Origin: Burkholderiales bacterium
GTDB taxonomy: Bacteria > Pseudomonadota > Gammaproteobacteria > Burkholderiales > SG8-39
Reading direction: 5' to 3'
Length of the DNA stretch: 57,857 nt
Assembly: GCA_035514595.1 (NCBI GenBank)
Contig: DATKAX010000245.1
Location: 1-57,857 of the forward strand
Shown here piece after piece: positions 49,868 to 57,857 of this stretch (its first letter is position 1; each line of letters starts with the position of its first letter). The translations under genes and the position numbers were made by a program. The notes under the pieces are model-generated. The model saw only the letters and a program-made list of their open reading frames with translations, had not been told where the DNA came from and did no database searches.

Positions 49868-51421
49868 CTAGAGGTCCTGGCCGCTGTAGGACAGGTTGAA
49901 CGACTTGTTGATAAGCGGGAAGTCCGGGACGATGTTGCCGAGCACGGCGCGCTCGAGCGCCGGCCAGTTCTGCCACGACGGGTCGTGGGGATGCACGCGA
50001 TGCAACCTGCCTTCAGCCGCGGTCTCGAGCGCGAGGAAGACGTCGCCGCGCCAGCCTTCGATCCAGCCGCAGCCGCGCCGCCCGGGCTGCGGCGCCGGCA
50101 TTGGAGCCCGCAGCTCGCCGCCCGGCATGCGCTCGAGCAGCGCGCGGATCAGCCGCAGCGACTCTGCCAGCTCCTCGAAGCGCACCGAGACGCGCGCCGC
50201 GACGTCGCCGCGAATGTGCCCGGCGACGCGCACGGCGAGATCCTGGTAGGGTGGTACCGGCAAATCGAAACGCAGGTCGTGCGCCTGTCCGCTTGCGCGC
50301 CCGGCAAGGCCGGTGAGGCCGAGCCGCTCGGCAAGCTCGGGCGACACCTGTCCGGTCATGATGAACCGGTCCTGGGCGCCCGCGTGCTCGTCGTAGATGG
50401 CGCGCAGGACGGCGATCTCGGCCTCCAGCGCGGCGAGCGCTTCGCGCAGGCGCTCGCTGCCCGCAGCTTCGAGGTCGCGTGCGACGCCGCCCGGCACCAC
50501 GTAGTCCATCAGGTAACGGTGCCCGAGCAGCTCGCGCTGCAGCCGCAGAAGATCCTCCTTCAGGCGCCAGAACTGGAAGAAGCCGAACGACAGGGCGACG
50601 TCGTTGCCGAGATAGCCCAGGTCGCCCAGATGGTTTGCGATGCGCTCGAGCTCGAGCGCGACGCCGCGCAGCGCGGCGGCGCGCGCTGGGACTTCGACGC
50701 CGCACGCGCCCTCGAGCGCCATGGCGTAAGCCCAGGCGTAGGCGACGGTCGAGTCGCCGCTCACCCGGCCGGCGAGGCGCGCGCCGTCCTCCGCGCTCAG
50801 TTCCTCGAAGCGTTTTTCGATGCCCTTGTGCTTATAGCCGAGGCGCTCCTCGAGCCGCAGGATCTTCTCGCCGACGATCGAGAAGCGGAAGTGGCCCGGC
50901 TCGATGGTGCCGGCGTGGACCGGCCCGACCGGAATCTCGTGCACGCCTTCCCCCTCGACGCGTACGAAAGGGTAGCGGTCCTCGCCGGTATCGAAGCGCG
51001 CCGCGGCATCGAAATCCTTGCGCAGCGGGAACACGCCCCCGGGCCACGCGCCGTGGCGCAGCCACTTGCGCTGGTCTGCGTTCGCCTGCGCGTGCACGCC
51101 GAGCAGGTCGTAGGCGGCACGCTGCATGCGGCTCGCGGCGGGGAAGATGTCGGCGATTCCGGGGTAGCGGGGGTGCTCGCGCTCGAGCGCGACGCTGAGC
51201 CACGCCAGCCCGGCGCGCAGGGCGAGCGCGACGTGAAGCACGTAGCCTGCGCCGCGCGGCGTTTCGTCGCTTGCCCAAAGCGCCACCAGCCGCGCCTTCT
51301 GCGCGCGCGCCTTCTCGGCCACGCCGCGCAGGGCATCGCGCTCGAGCTCGGCGTGCCACGCGGGCAGCGCGCCGGGCAATCGTCGTGCCTCGATGCCGAG
51401 ATCGGGGAAGGGCAGGCTCAT
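49868..51421 (-). CDS. Fused NuoC-NuoD / HycE-HyfG-like large subunit lacking the Ni-Fe cysteine ligands
   Basis: VGPVHAGTIEPGHFRF, LGYKHKGIEK. RVSGDS replaces RxCGxC and NLSYSG replaces DPCxxC. 517 aa. Confidence 0.88.
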   Translation of the reverse strand: MSLPFPDLGIEARRLPGALPAWHAELERDALRGVAEKARAQKARLVALWASDETPRGAGYVLHVALALRAGLAWLSVALEREHPRYPGIADIFPAASRMQRAAYDLLGVHAQANADQRKWLRHGAWPGGVFPLRKDFDAAARFDTGEDRYPFVRVEGEGVHEIPVGPVHAGTIEPGHFRFSIVGEKILRLEERLGYKHKGIEKRFEELSAEDGARLAGRVSGDSTVAYAWAYAMALEGACGVEVPARAAALRGVALELERIANHLGDLGYLGNDVALSFGFFQFWRLKEDLLRLQRELLGHRYLMDYVVPGGVARDLEAAGSERLREALAALEAEIAVLRAIYDEHAGAQDRFIMTGQVSPELAERLGLTGLAGRASGQAHDLRFDLPVPPYQDLAVRVAGHIRGDVAARVSVRFEELAESLRLIRALLERMPGGELRAPMPAPQPGRRGCGWIEGWRGDVFLALETAAEGRLHRVHPHDPSWQNWPALERAVLGNIVPDFPLINKSFNLSYSGQDL

Positions 51422-52866
51422 CCGATGAAGGCCGCCGCCTGGCGATACCAGTCGACGAGGTACGGTGGAATATACAGGCCGAGCAGCAGCACGAGCGCGA
51501 GATGCACGAATACCGGGACCAGCGCAGGACGGTGCGGCAGCGGCGCCGCGCTCGTCTCGCCGAATATCATCGGCTGCACCTTGCCGAAGATCGCCGCGAA
51601 AGCGACGCCGAGCGCGATCAGCAGGAACGGCGTTGCCCAGGAATGCTCGTGCATGGCCGTCGTGAGCACCATGAACTCGCTCGTGAACACGCCGAACGGC
51701 GGCATGCCAAGGATCGCGAGGGTGCCGAGCGCGAGCCCCCAGCCGATAGTCGGGCTCTGCTGGATTAGGCCGCGGATCGAGCCCATGTCCTGGGTGCCGC
51801 AGGCCTGCGTGGCGTGCCCGACGGTGAAGAAGATCGCCGACTTGGTGAGCGAGTGCACGGTCATGTGAAGCAGGCCGGCGAACGCGGCGACCGGCCCGCC
51901 CATGCCGAAGGCGAACGTCATGATCCCCATGTGCTCGATCGACGAATAGGCGAACATGCGCTTGATGTCCTTCTGGCGCGAGAGGAAGAACGCGGCCACC
52001 ACCACCGAAAGCAGGCCGAAGCCCATCATCAGCCCGCCCGAGAAATTGCGCTCGAGCGCGCCGTCCACCAGCACCTTGCTGCGCACCACGGCGTAGAGCG
52101 CCACGTTGAGCAGCAGCCCGGAGAGCACTGCCGAGATCGGCGTCGGGCCCTCGGCGTGCGCGTCGGGCAGCCAGTTGTGCAGCGGCACGAGCCCGACCTT
52201 GGTGCCGTAGCCGACCAGCAGGAAAACGAAGGCGAGCGACAGCACGGTGGGCTCGAGCTCGCCGCGCACTTCGTGCAGGTGGGTCCAGAGCAGCGCGTGG
52301 CCGCCGGGGCCGAGCACCTTCTCGGCGGCGAAGTAGAGCAGGATGGTGCCGAACAGCGCCTGCGCGATGCCGACCGAGCACAGGATGAAGTACTTCCAGG
52401 CAGCTTCCAGGCTCGCCGGGGTGCGGTACAGCGATACCAGCAGCACCGTGGAGAGCGTCGCCCCCTCCATCGCCACCCACAGCATGCCGACGTTGTTCGA
52501 CAGCAGCGTGAGCAGCATGGTGAAGCTGAACAGCTGGTACATGCTGTGGTAGAGCCGAAGGCGCGCGCTGTTGACGCGCTGGTGGTGCTCTTCGGTGCGC
52601 ATGTAGGGGCGCGAGAACAAAGCAGTGGTGAACGCCACGAACGCGGTGAGCGCCACCAGGAACACGTTGAAGGGATCGACGAACACCTGCTCGTTGAGCG
52701 CGGTCATCGGGCCGTCCGCGATCACGCGCGCGGTGAGCAGCGCCGCGGCGGCCAGCGTGCCGAGGCTGGCCGCCGCGTTCGCCTCGGGCGCCCAGGGTCG
52801 GTGGCCGAAGGCGGCGAGCAGCACCGCCCCCGCGAGCGGCACCCCCAGGACGAGCGCGATCTCCAT
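51418..52866 (-). CDS. Antiporter-like membrane subunit (HyfF/NuoN-like)
   Basis: 482 aa polytopic, WLPDAHAEGPTPISA motif. Confidence 0.9.
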   Translation of the reverse strand: MEIALVLGVPLAGAVLLAAFGHRPWAPEANAAASLGTLAAAALLTARVIADGPMTALNEQVFVDPFNVFLVALTAFVAFTTALFSRPYMRTEEHHQRVNSARLRLYHSMYQLFSFTMLLTLLSNNVGMLWVAMEGATLSTVLLVSLYRTPASLEAAWKYFILCSVGIAQALFGTILLYFAAEKVLGPGGHALLWTHLHEVRGELEPTVLSLAFVFLLVGYGTKVGLVPLHNWLPDAHAEGPTPISAVLSGLLLNVALYAVVRSKVLVDGALERNFSGGLMMGFGLLSVVVAAFFLSRQKDIKRMFAYSSIEHMGIMTFAFGMGGPVAAFAGLLHMTVHSLTKSAIFFTVGHATQACGTQDMGSIRGLIQQSPTIGWGLALGTLAILGMPPFGVFTSEFMVLTTAMHEHSWATPFLLIALGVAFAAIFGKVQPMIFGETSAAPLPHRPALVPVFVHLALVLLLGLYIPPYLVDWYRQAAAFIG

Positions 52867-53534
52867 CAATCTTCCTTCAGCTTTTCCATGTGACGGATCT
52901 CGAGGCTGTCGAACTGCTCGCGGATGTGGAAGAAGAAGATGCCGAAGATGAAGGTGCCCACCAGCACGTCGAGCGCGATCCCGAGCTCGACGACCAGCGG
53001 CATTCCGTAGGTGGCGCTGGTCGCGGCGAAGAACACGCCGTTCTCCATGGACAGGAAGCCGATCACCTGCGGCACCGCCTTGCGGCGCACGATCATCATC
53101 AGGAACGACAGCAGCACGCTGGCGAGCGCGATGCCGAGCGTCGAGCGCGTGATGGTGCTCGCCATCTGCGAGATGGGGGTGGCGAGCGCGAAGGCGAAGA
53201 TCGCGAGGCCGATGCCGACGAGCATCGTGGCCGGGATGTTGATCAGCGTCTCTACGTCCCAGCGCACGGACAGCTTGTCGATCAGCCGGTGCAGCACCCA
53301 CGGGATCAGGATCACTTTGAGCAGCAGGGTCAGGGCCGCGGAGAAGTACAGATGCCAGTGGCCGGTGATGTAGGCCACGATCAGGGTCGACAGGGCGAGC
53401 GCGGCGCCCTGCCAGGCATACAGCTTGATCAGCGTCAGCACGCGGCGCTGCGCCAGCATCGCGAAGGCGAGCAGCAGCAGCAGCGCCGCGAGCAGGTTGA
53501 CCAGCTGGCTGCTGAGCGGCAGCGCCGCGCTCAT
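52866..53534 (-). CDS. HyfE-like small membrane subunit
   Basis: 222 aa, multi-TM, position between the hyfC-like and hyfF-like genes, MENGVFF block. Confidence 0.8.
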   Translation of the reverse strand: MSAALPLSSQLVNLLAALLLLLAFAMLAQRRVLTLIKLYAWQGAALALSTLIVAYITGHWHLYFSAALTLLLKVILIPWVLHRLIDKLSVRWDVETLINIPATMLVGIGLAIFAFALATPISQMASTITRSTLGIALASVLLSFLMMIVRRKAVPQVIGFLSMENGVFFAATSATYGMPLVVELGIALDVLVGTFIFGIFFFHIREQFDSLEIRHMEKLKED

Positions 53535-54481
53535 GCGTGCACCACGAAATGGATCAGCATGCCGAGCACCGCGAGCAGGAAGGCGGTCGACAGGAATTCG
53601 GACGCCAGGAACAGGCGCATCTTCGCGAGCAGCGCCTCGATGAGCGCAAGTCCGGCGCCGGCAACGGCGAGCTTGGCGGTGAGCGCGCCAAGCGCGAGCG
53701 GCAGCGCCGCCCAGTCCTGCGCCGGGGCGATGCCCCAGGGCAGGAACAGCGCGAAGCCGATCCCCATGTAGGCGACCAGCTTGATCGCCACGGCCCACTC
53801 GATCAGCGCGAGGTGCCGCGCCGAATACTCGAGGATCATGGCCTCGTGGATCATGGTGAGCTCGAGGTGGGTCGCCGGGTTGTCCACCGGGATGCGCGCG
53901 TTCTCGGCGAGCAGCACCATGAGGAACGCGACCCCCGCGAATGCGAGGCTCGGGTAGATCGCGAATTCGCGGTGCGCCAGCGTCTCGACGATCGTCGGCA
54001 GCTGCGTCGAGCCGGAGATGAACGCCGCGGTGAACAGCGTCATCAGCATCGCCGGCTCGGCGAGGAAGCCGATCATCATCTCGCGCCGCGCGCCCAGGCC
54101 GCCGAACGAGGTTCCGGTGTCCATCGCCGCGAGCGCGCCGAACACCCGCGCCACGGCGAATACGCCGACCAGCGCGATGATGTCGGCGGCGGGAGCAAAC
54201 GGCAGGTCGGTGGCGAGCATCGGAACGATGCCGGCGGCGAGCCACATGCAGCCGAAGAGCACATAGGGCGTGATGCGAAACAGGGGCGAGGTGGTGTCGG
54301 CGATGACCGCGTCCTTGTGGAACAGCTTTGCCAGCGTGTAGTAGGGCAGCCAGGGGCTCGGCGCCGAGCGATTCTGCAGCCACGCGCGGCAGATGTTGAC
54401 CCAGCCCATCACGAGCGGCGCGACCAGCACCACCAGCACCGACTGCAGCACCTGGAAGGCGATGGCGGGAAGCTGGCTCAT
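53531..54481 (-). CDS. NuoH/HycD/HyfC-like membrane subunit
   Basis: 316 aa; RIPVDNPATHLELTMIHEAMILEYS block is typical of HycD. Confidence 0.9.
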   Translation of the reverse strand: MSQLPAIAFQVLQSVLVVLVAPLVMGWVNICRAWLQNRSAPSPWLPYYTLAKLFHKDAVIADTTSPLFRITPYVLFGCMWLAAGIVPMLATDLPFAPAADIIALVGVFAVARVFGALAAMDTGTSFGGLGARREMMIGFLAEPAMLMTLFTAAFISGSTQLPTIVETLAHREFAIYPSLAFAGVAFLMVLLAENARIPVDNPATHLELTMIHEAMILEYSARHLALIEWAVAIKLVAYMGIGFALFLPWGIAPAQDWAALPLALGALTAKLAVAGAGLALIEALLAKMRLFLASEFLSTAFLLAVLGMLIHFVVHA

Positions 54482-56493
54482 CGCACGAACACCAGCAGCG
54501 CGATCAGGGTCAGGAAGCTGTACAGCAGGTAGATGCTGATGCGGCCGCGCTGCAGCAGCCCGACCTTTGCAGAGACGTACTCCGCAAGCCGCGCCACCGG
54601 CAGGTAGAGCCAGTACCAGTGACGATCCTCGATCTTGAGCGTGTACCTGGGCGCCGGGTCATCGGGTCCCGGCAGCTGCCGCTTCATCAGGTACAGGGGT
54701 CCGAACACGTGCCGGATCGGCTGGCCGAAGGCGTCCGCCGTGTCCTGCATGCGGGTGGTCTGCTCGGGGAAACCGCAATCCCAGGGGGCGGCGGCGCGCA
54801 CGCGGCCGTGGTAGAACCACCGCACCAGGCGCAACGTGATCAGCACCACGGCGAGCACCACGAAAAGAAAGATGATCGGGCTGTAGCTCGCCTGCGCCGG
54901 GCTGGTCGGTACCAGCCACAGCCAGTTCGATTCGAGTGCCGCCGTGGCGAGCCCGCTGCCGGTGACGGAGGCGCCCACGCGGTTCAGCGTGAGCAGCATC
55001 GCGGAAGGAAACAGCCCCAGGACGAAGCAGCCGGCGGTGAGCCATGCGAGGCCGATCTGCTCGCTCGGGCTTGCATCGCCTCGTGGACGCGGCGTCTCCG
55101 CGGCGAGGCGCGCGCGGCCGAGGAATGCCACCCCGAACACCTTGACGAAGCACATCGCAGTGAGCGCCCCGGCGAGCGCAAGGGTGGCGGCGAACAGCGG
55201 CAGCAGGCTTCTGACCACGCCGTTTTCGAGCAGCGGCGCCTGCAGCGCGGTCTGGAAGGTGAGCCATTCCGAGACGAAGCCGTTGAGCGGCGGGAGCGCC
55301 GAAATCGCAAGCGCGCCGACCAGGAAGCAGAACGCCGTGACCGGCATGGTGCGGATCAGCCCGCCCATGGCGTTGAGGTCGCGCAGGCCGGTGGCATGCA
55401 GGATCGAGCCGGCGCCGAGGAACAGCAGCCCCTTGAACACGGCGTGGTTCAGCGTGTGATACAGCGCCGCGATCAGCCCGAGCGCGCCGGCTGCGGGATG
55501 CCCGAAGCCGAAGAACACCATCGACATGCCCAGGCCGAGCAGGATGATGCCGATGTTCTCGACCGAGTGATAGGCGAGCAGCCGCTTGAGGTCGTGCTGC
55601 ATCAGCGCGTAGAGCACGCCGAACAGCGTGGTGCCGGCGCCGATCAGCAGCACCAGGATGCCCCATTCCCAGCGCACGTCCCCGATCAGGTCGTAGCTCA
55701 CGCGCACCATGCCGTAGATCGCGGTCTTGATCATCACGCCGCTCATCAGCGCCGAAACGGGCGAAGGCGCCGCCGGGTGCGCCTCGGGCAGCCAGGCGTG
55801 CAGCGGGATCATGCCCGCCTTGGCGCCGAAACCGAAGAACGCGAGCAGGAACGCCACGCTCGCCCAGAACGGGTCCAGTTCGGCGGCGCGCAGCGCGTCG
55901 AACGAGTAATCGCCGCCGCCGCCATGCATGACGCCGAAGCACAGCAGGATCGCGAGCGCGCCAAGGTGCGCGATCAGCAGATAGAGGAAGCCGGCGCTGC
56001 GGATCGGCGGCCGGTGGTGATCCGTCGTGACGAGGAAATACGAAGCCAGCGCCATCGTCTCCCACGCGACCATGAACAGGTACGCGTCGTCGGCGAGGAT
56101 GACCACGGCCATGCTCGCCAGGAAAACGTGGTACTGCATGCAGATGAGCCGCAGTCGTGGCGCTCCCTCCTCGCCGAAGTAGCCGACGCAATAGACTGAA
56201 ACGCCGGCGCCTACGAACCCGAGCAGCAGCAGGAAGAACCCGCTGAGCGGGTCGAGCCTGAGGTGAAACGGCAAGTCCGGCAGTCCGAGGGGCAGAACCA
56301 TGCCCGAGGCGGGCAACCAGGCGGCCTGCGCGCCGAGCGTCGCGAGCGCGAGGCCCGCAACGGCGCCGGCCGGAAACAGTACCTTGAGCGCAAAACCGGG
56401 CCTCGCCGGGAGCAGCCCGAGCGCGCCGATCGCGAGCCAAGACAGGACCGCGGCAAGCGATCCGGCAAGCAGGCTGTCAGAGCTCTCGATCAA
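54478..56493 (-). CDS. Antiporter-like membrane subunit (HyfB/HycC/NuoL-like)
   Basis: 671 aa polytopic, WLPEAHPAAPSPVSALMSG. TTG start at 56493 (no in-frame ATG nearby). Confidence 0.9.
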   Translation of the reverse strand: MIESSDSLLAGSLAAVLSWLAIGALGLLPARPGFALKVLFPAGAVAGLALATLGAQAAWLPASGMVLPLGLPDLPFHLRLDPLSGFFLLLLGFVGAGVSVYCVGYFGEEGAPRLRLICMQYHVFLASMAVVILADDAYLFMVAWETMALASYFLVTTDHHRPPIRSAGFLYLLIAHLGALAILLCFGVMHGGGGDYSFDALRAAELDPFWASVAFLLAFFGFGAKAGMIPLHAWLPEAHPAAPSPVSALMSGVMIKTAIYGMVRVSYDLIGDVRWEWGILVLLIGAGTTLFGVLYALMQHDLKRLLAYHSVENIGIILLGLGMSMVFFGFGHPAAGALGLIAALYHTLNHAVFKGLLFLGAGSILHATGLRDLNAMGGLIRTMPVTAFCFLVGALAISALPPLNGFVSEWLTFQTALQAPLLENGVVRSLLPLFAATLALAGALTAMCFVKVFGVAFLGRARLAAETPRPRGDASPSEQIGLAWLTAGCFVLGLFPSAMLLTLNRVGASVTGSGLATAALESNWLWLVPTSPAQASYSPIIFLFVVLAVVLITLRLVRWFYHGRVRAAAPWDCGFPEQTTRMQDTADAFGQPIRHVFGPLYLMKRQLPGPDDPAPRYTLKIEDRHWYWLYLPVARLAEYVSAKVGLLQRGRISIYLLYSFLTLIALLVFVR

Positions 56494-56549
56494 GCAGCGC
56501 GAATTATATTATCATTCGATTCACATTTGGAGCGCATGGTCCCATACCG

Positions 56550-56732
56550 ATGAAGAAGATGGAGGAACGCACCGCCCGGCTCACCATTCTGGTCGATCCG
56601 CGAAAGAAAGCGCTCTTCGAAAGGCTGTGCGCGGAGCAGGATCAGACGCCCTCCCAGGTCGTGCGGCGGCTGATCCGCGAGTACATCGAGGCGCGCCTGG
56701 GCAGGCCCTGGGTGCCGGGCAAGGACGACTAG
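56550..56732 (+). CDS. Ribbon-helix-helix (CopG-like) DNA-binding protein
   Basis: RLTILVDPRKKALFERLCAEQDQTPSQVVRRLIREYI is a beta-alpha-alpha pattern; 60 aa. Confidence 0.6.
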   Translation: MKKMEERTARLTILVDPRKKALFERLCAEQDQTPSQVVRRLIREYIEARLGRPWVPGKDD

Positions 56733-57857
56733 CGCTTGCCGGAGCGTCCGTCCCGCTTGAGGATCGCGCCCGCCACCAGAAGCCCGCAAACCGCGGCGCC
56801 GCCCACCAGCAGCCAGTCGCGCCTGCGCCAGCCGCGCGGCGCCGGGCGGGGCAGCGAGCGGATCGCCTGGGTGGCGGTCTGGCTTTCCGCGGCATCGGTC
56901 AGCGTGCTCCCGGTGAGCGCCGCGAGGCGCTGCGTCGCTTCCATCGAGTCGAAGGACGCCGCCATGCCGCGCGACGGCGCCGGCGCGGTCTCTTCGGGCG
57001 CCCCGTCTGCCTCGCGCGTGCGATTGAAGGTCTGCGCGAGCACCACCGACTGGGCGCGCGTATCGACGAGCTCGGGCTGCGAGCCGCTCGCCAGCGTCGC
57101 GATCGGACGCGAGGGCTGGGTCGTGGTGAGCGGCCCGGCAAGCTGGCGCTCGCACTCGCGCAGGTCGCGCGCCACCTCGCGCGCATCGCTGTAGCGCCCG
57201 TCGAGCGGCTTGGAGAGCATCTTCGCGACGATGTAGTCCAGCATCTCAGGCACCGCTTTGTTGATCGCGCCGGGCGCCGGCGGGGCGAAGTTGACGATCT
57301 GGTACATCAGCGCGGTGACGTTCTCGCCGCTGAAGGGCGCCGAGCCGCACAGCATCTCGTAGAGGATCACCCCCAGCGAGAAAATGTCGGAACGATGGTC
57401 GGCACGCTTGCCGATCACCTGCTCGGGCGACATGTACTTCGGCGATCCCAGCATGACGCCGGTCTGGGTGAGGTCGACCGAGGCGCGCATGCGCGCGATG
57501 CCGAAATCGGTGATTTTCACCGGGCCGCTCGCCACCACCATGATGTTCGCCGGCTTGATGTCGCGGTGCACGATTCCCTGGCGGAACGCGTAGTCGAGCG
57601 CTCCGCAGCACTTGAACGCCACCTCGAGCGCGTCGTCCACATCTAGCAGGCCGTCTGACGCGGTGAACTGGGCGAGGTCGCCGCCCGGCACGTACTCGAT
57701 CGCGATGTAGCCGCCGCCCTGCTCTTCCACGGCCGCCTCGAGGATCGTGGCGATATGCGGATGCGAGATGCGCCCGGCGAGCGACGCTTCGTTGAGAAAC
57801 TGCTTCGTGTGGGTCTTGTCGAAGTCTTCCGCCGCGACGACTTCCGGGTCGAGCACC
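56729..57857 (-). CDS. Hanks-type Ser/Thr protein kinase, C-terminal TM anchor (N-terminus beyond window)
   Basis: HRDIKPANIM, DFGIA, SPEQ, then a Pro/Ala-rich linker and TM WLLVGGAAVCGLLVAGAIL 9 aa from the stop. Confidence 0.9.
   Translation of the reverse strand, partial: VLDPEVVAAEDFDKTHTKQFLNEASLAGRISHPHIATILEAAVEEQGGGYIAIEYVPGGDLAQFTASDGLLDVDDALEVAFKCCGALDYAFRQGIVHRDIKPANIMVVASGPVKITDFGIARMRASVDLTQTGVMLGSPKYMSPEQVIGKRADHRSDIFSLGVILYEMLCGSAPFSGENVTALMYQIVNFAPPAPGAINKAVPEMLDYIVAKMLSKPLDGRYSDAREVARDLRECERQLAGPLTTTQPSRPIATLASGSQPELVDTRAQSVVLAQTFNRTREADGAPEETAPAPSRGMAASFDSMEATQRLAALTGSTLTDAAESQTATQAIRSLPRPAPRGWRRRDWLLVGGAAVCGLLVAGAILKRDGRSGKR

Noticed and set aside
49326-56493. Calling the operon a functional hydrogenase-4 / formate hydrogenlyase
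   Set aside because: The large subunit lacks both Cys pairs that ligate Ni-Fe, and no ferredoxin subunit, FDH or hyp genes are present. It is kept as a hydrogenase-related complex of unknown function.

Overview
This is a very GC-rich (by eye about two-thirds G+C or more, not computed), densely coding chromosomal segment with proteobacterial (beta/gamma-like) housekeeping synteny. Core genes: a UvrD-like helicase (5' partial), ppc, yajD, Hsp20-lon, nadE, corA, nudJ-like-mnmA, purB, queA-tgt-yajC-secD-secF, tRNA-Leu(CAA), panC-dNK-folK-pcnB, hda/purM and dnaE. Four accessory modules stand out. (1) A DSF-type (RpfF-family) fatty-acid signalling cluster sits between tRNA-Leu and panC. It has a REC+HD-GYP regulator, an 838-aa hybrid kinase with an extra pseudo-receiver, an RpfF-like synthase, a 78-aa orphan, and a heme-oxygenase-like di-iron oxidase wedged between sensor and synthase. 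That oxidase is my top candidate for undescribed biology. (2) A six-gene hyfBCEFGI-like operon whose large subunit has lost all four Ni-Fe cysteines and which has no ferredoxin subunit, i.e. an Ehr-type complex of unknown substrate. It is flanked by a divergent ribbon-helix-helix gene and a tail-anchored Ser/Thr kinase. (3) A small TumE-like/HTH two-gene module with a palindromic operator. (4) A REP-like hairpin family with 8 copies, all in the first 25 kb and all abutting or within about 10 nt of a stop or start codon. I saw no CRISPR array, rRNA, transposase, integrase or phage genes. Many of the longest ORFs in the track are antisense shadow ORFs typical of high-GC DNA and were not called. 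Start codons were chosen by frame checks, SD-like motifs and N-terminal family expectations. All homology statements rest on motif recognition from memory, not on searches.
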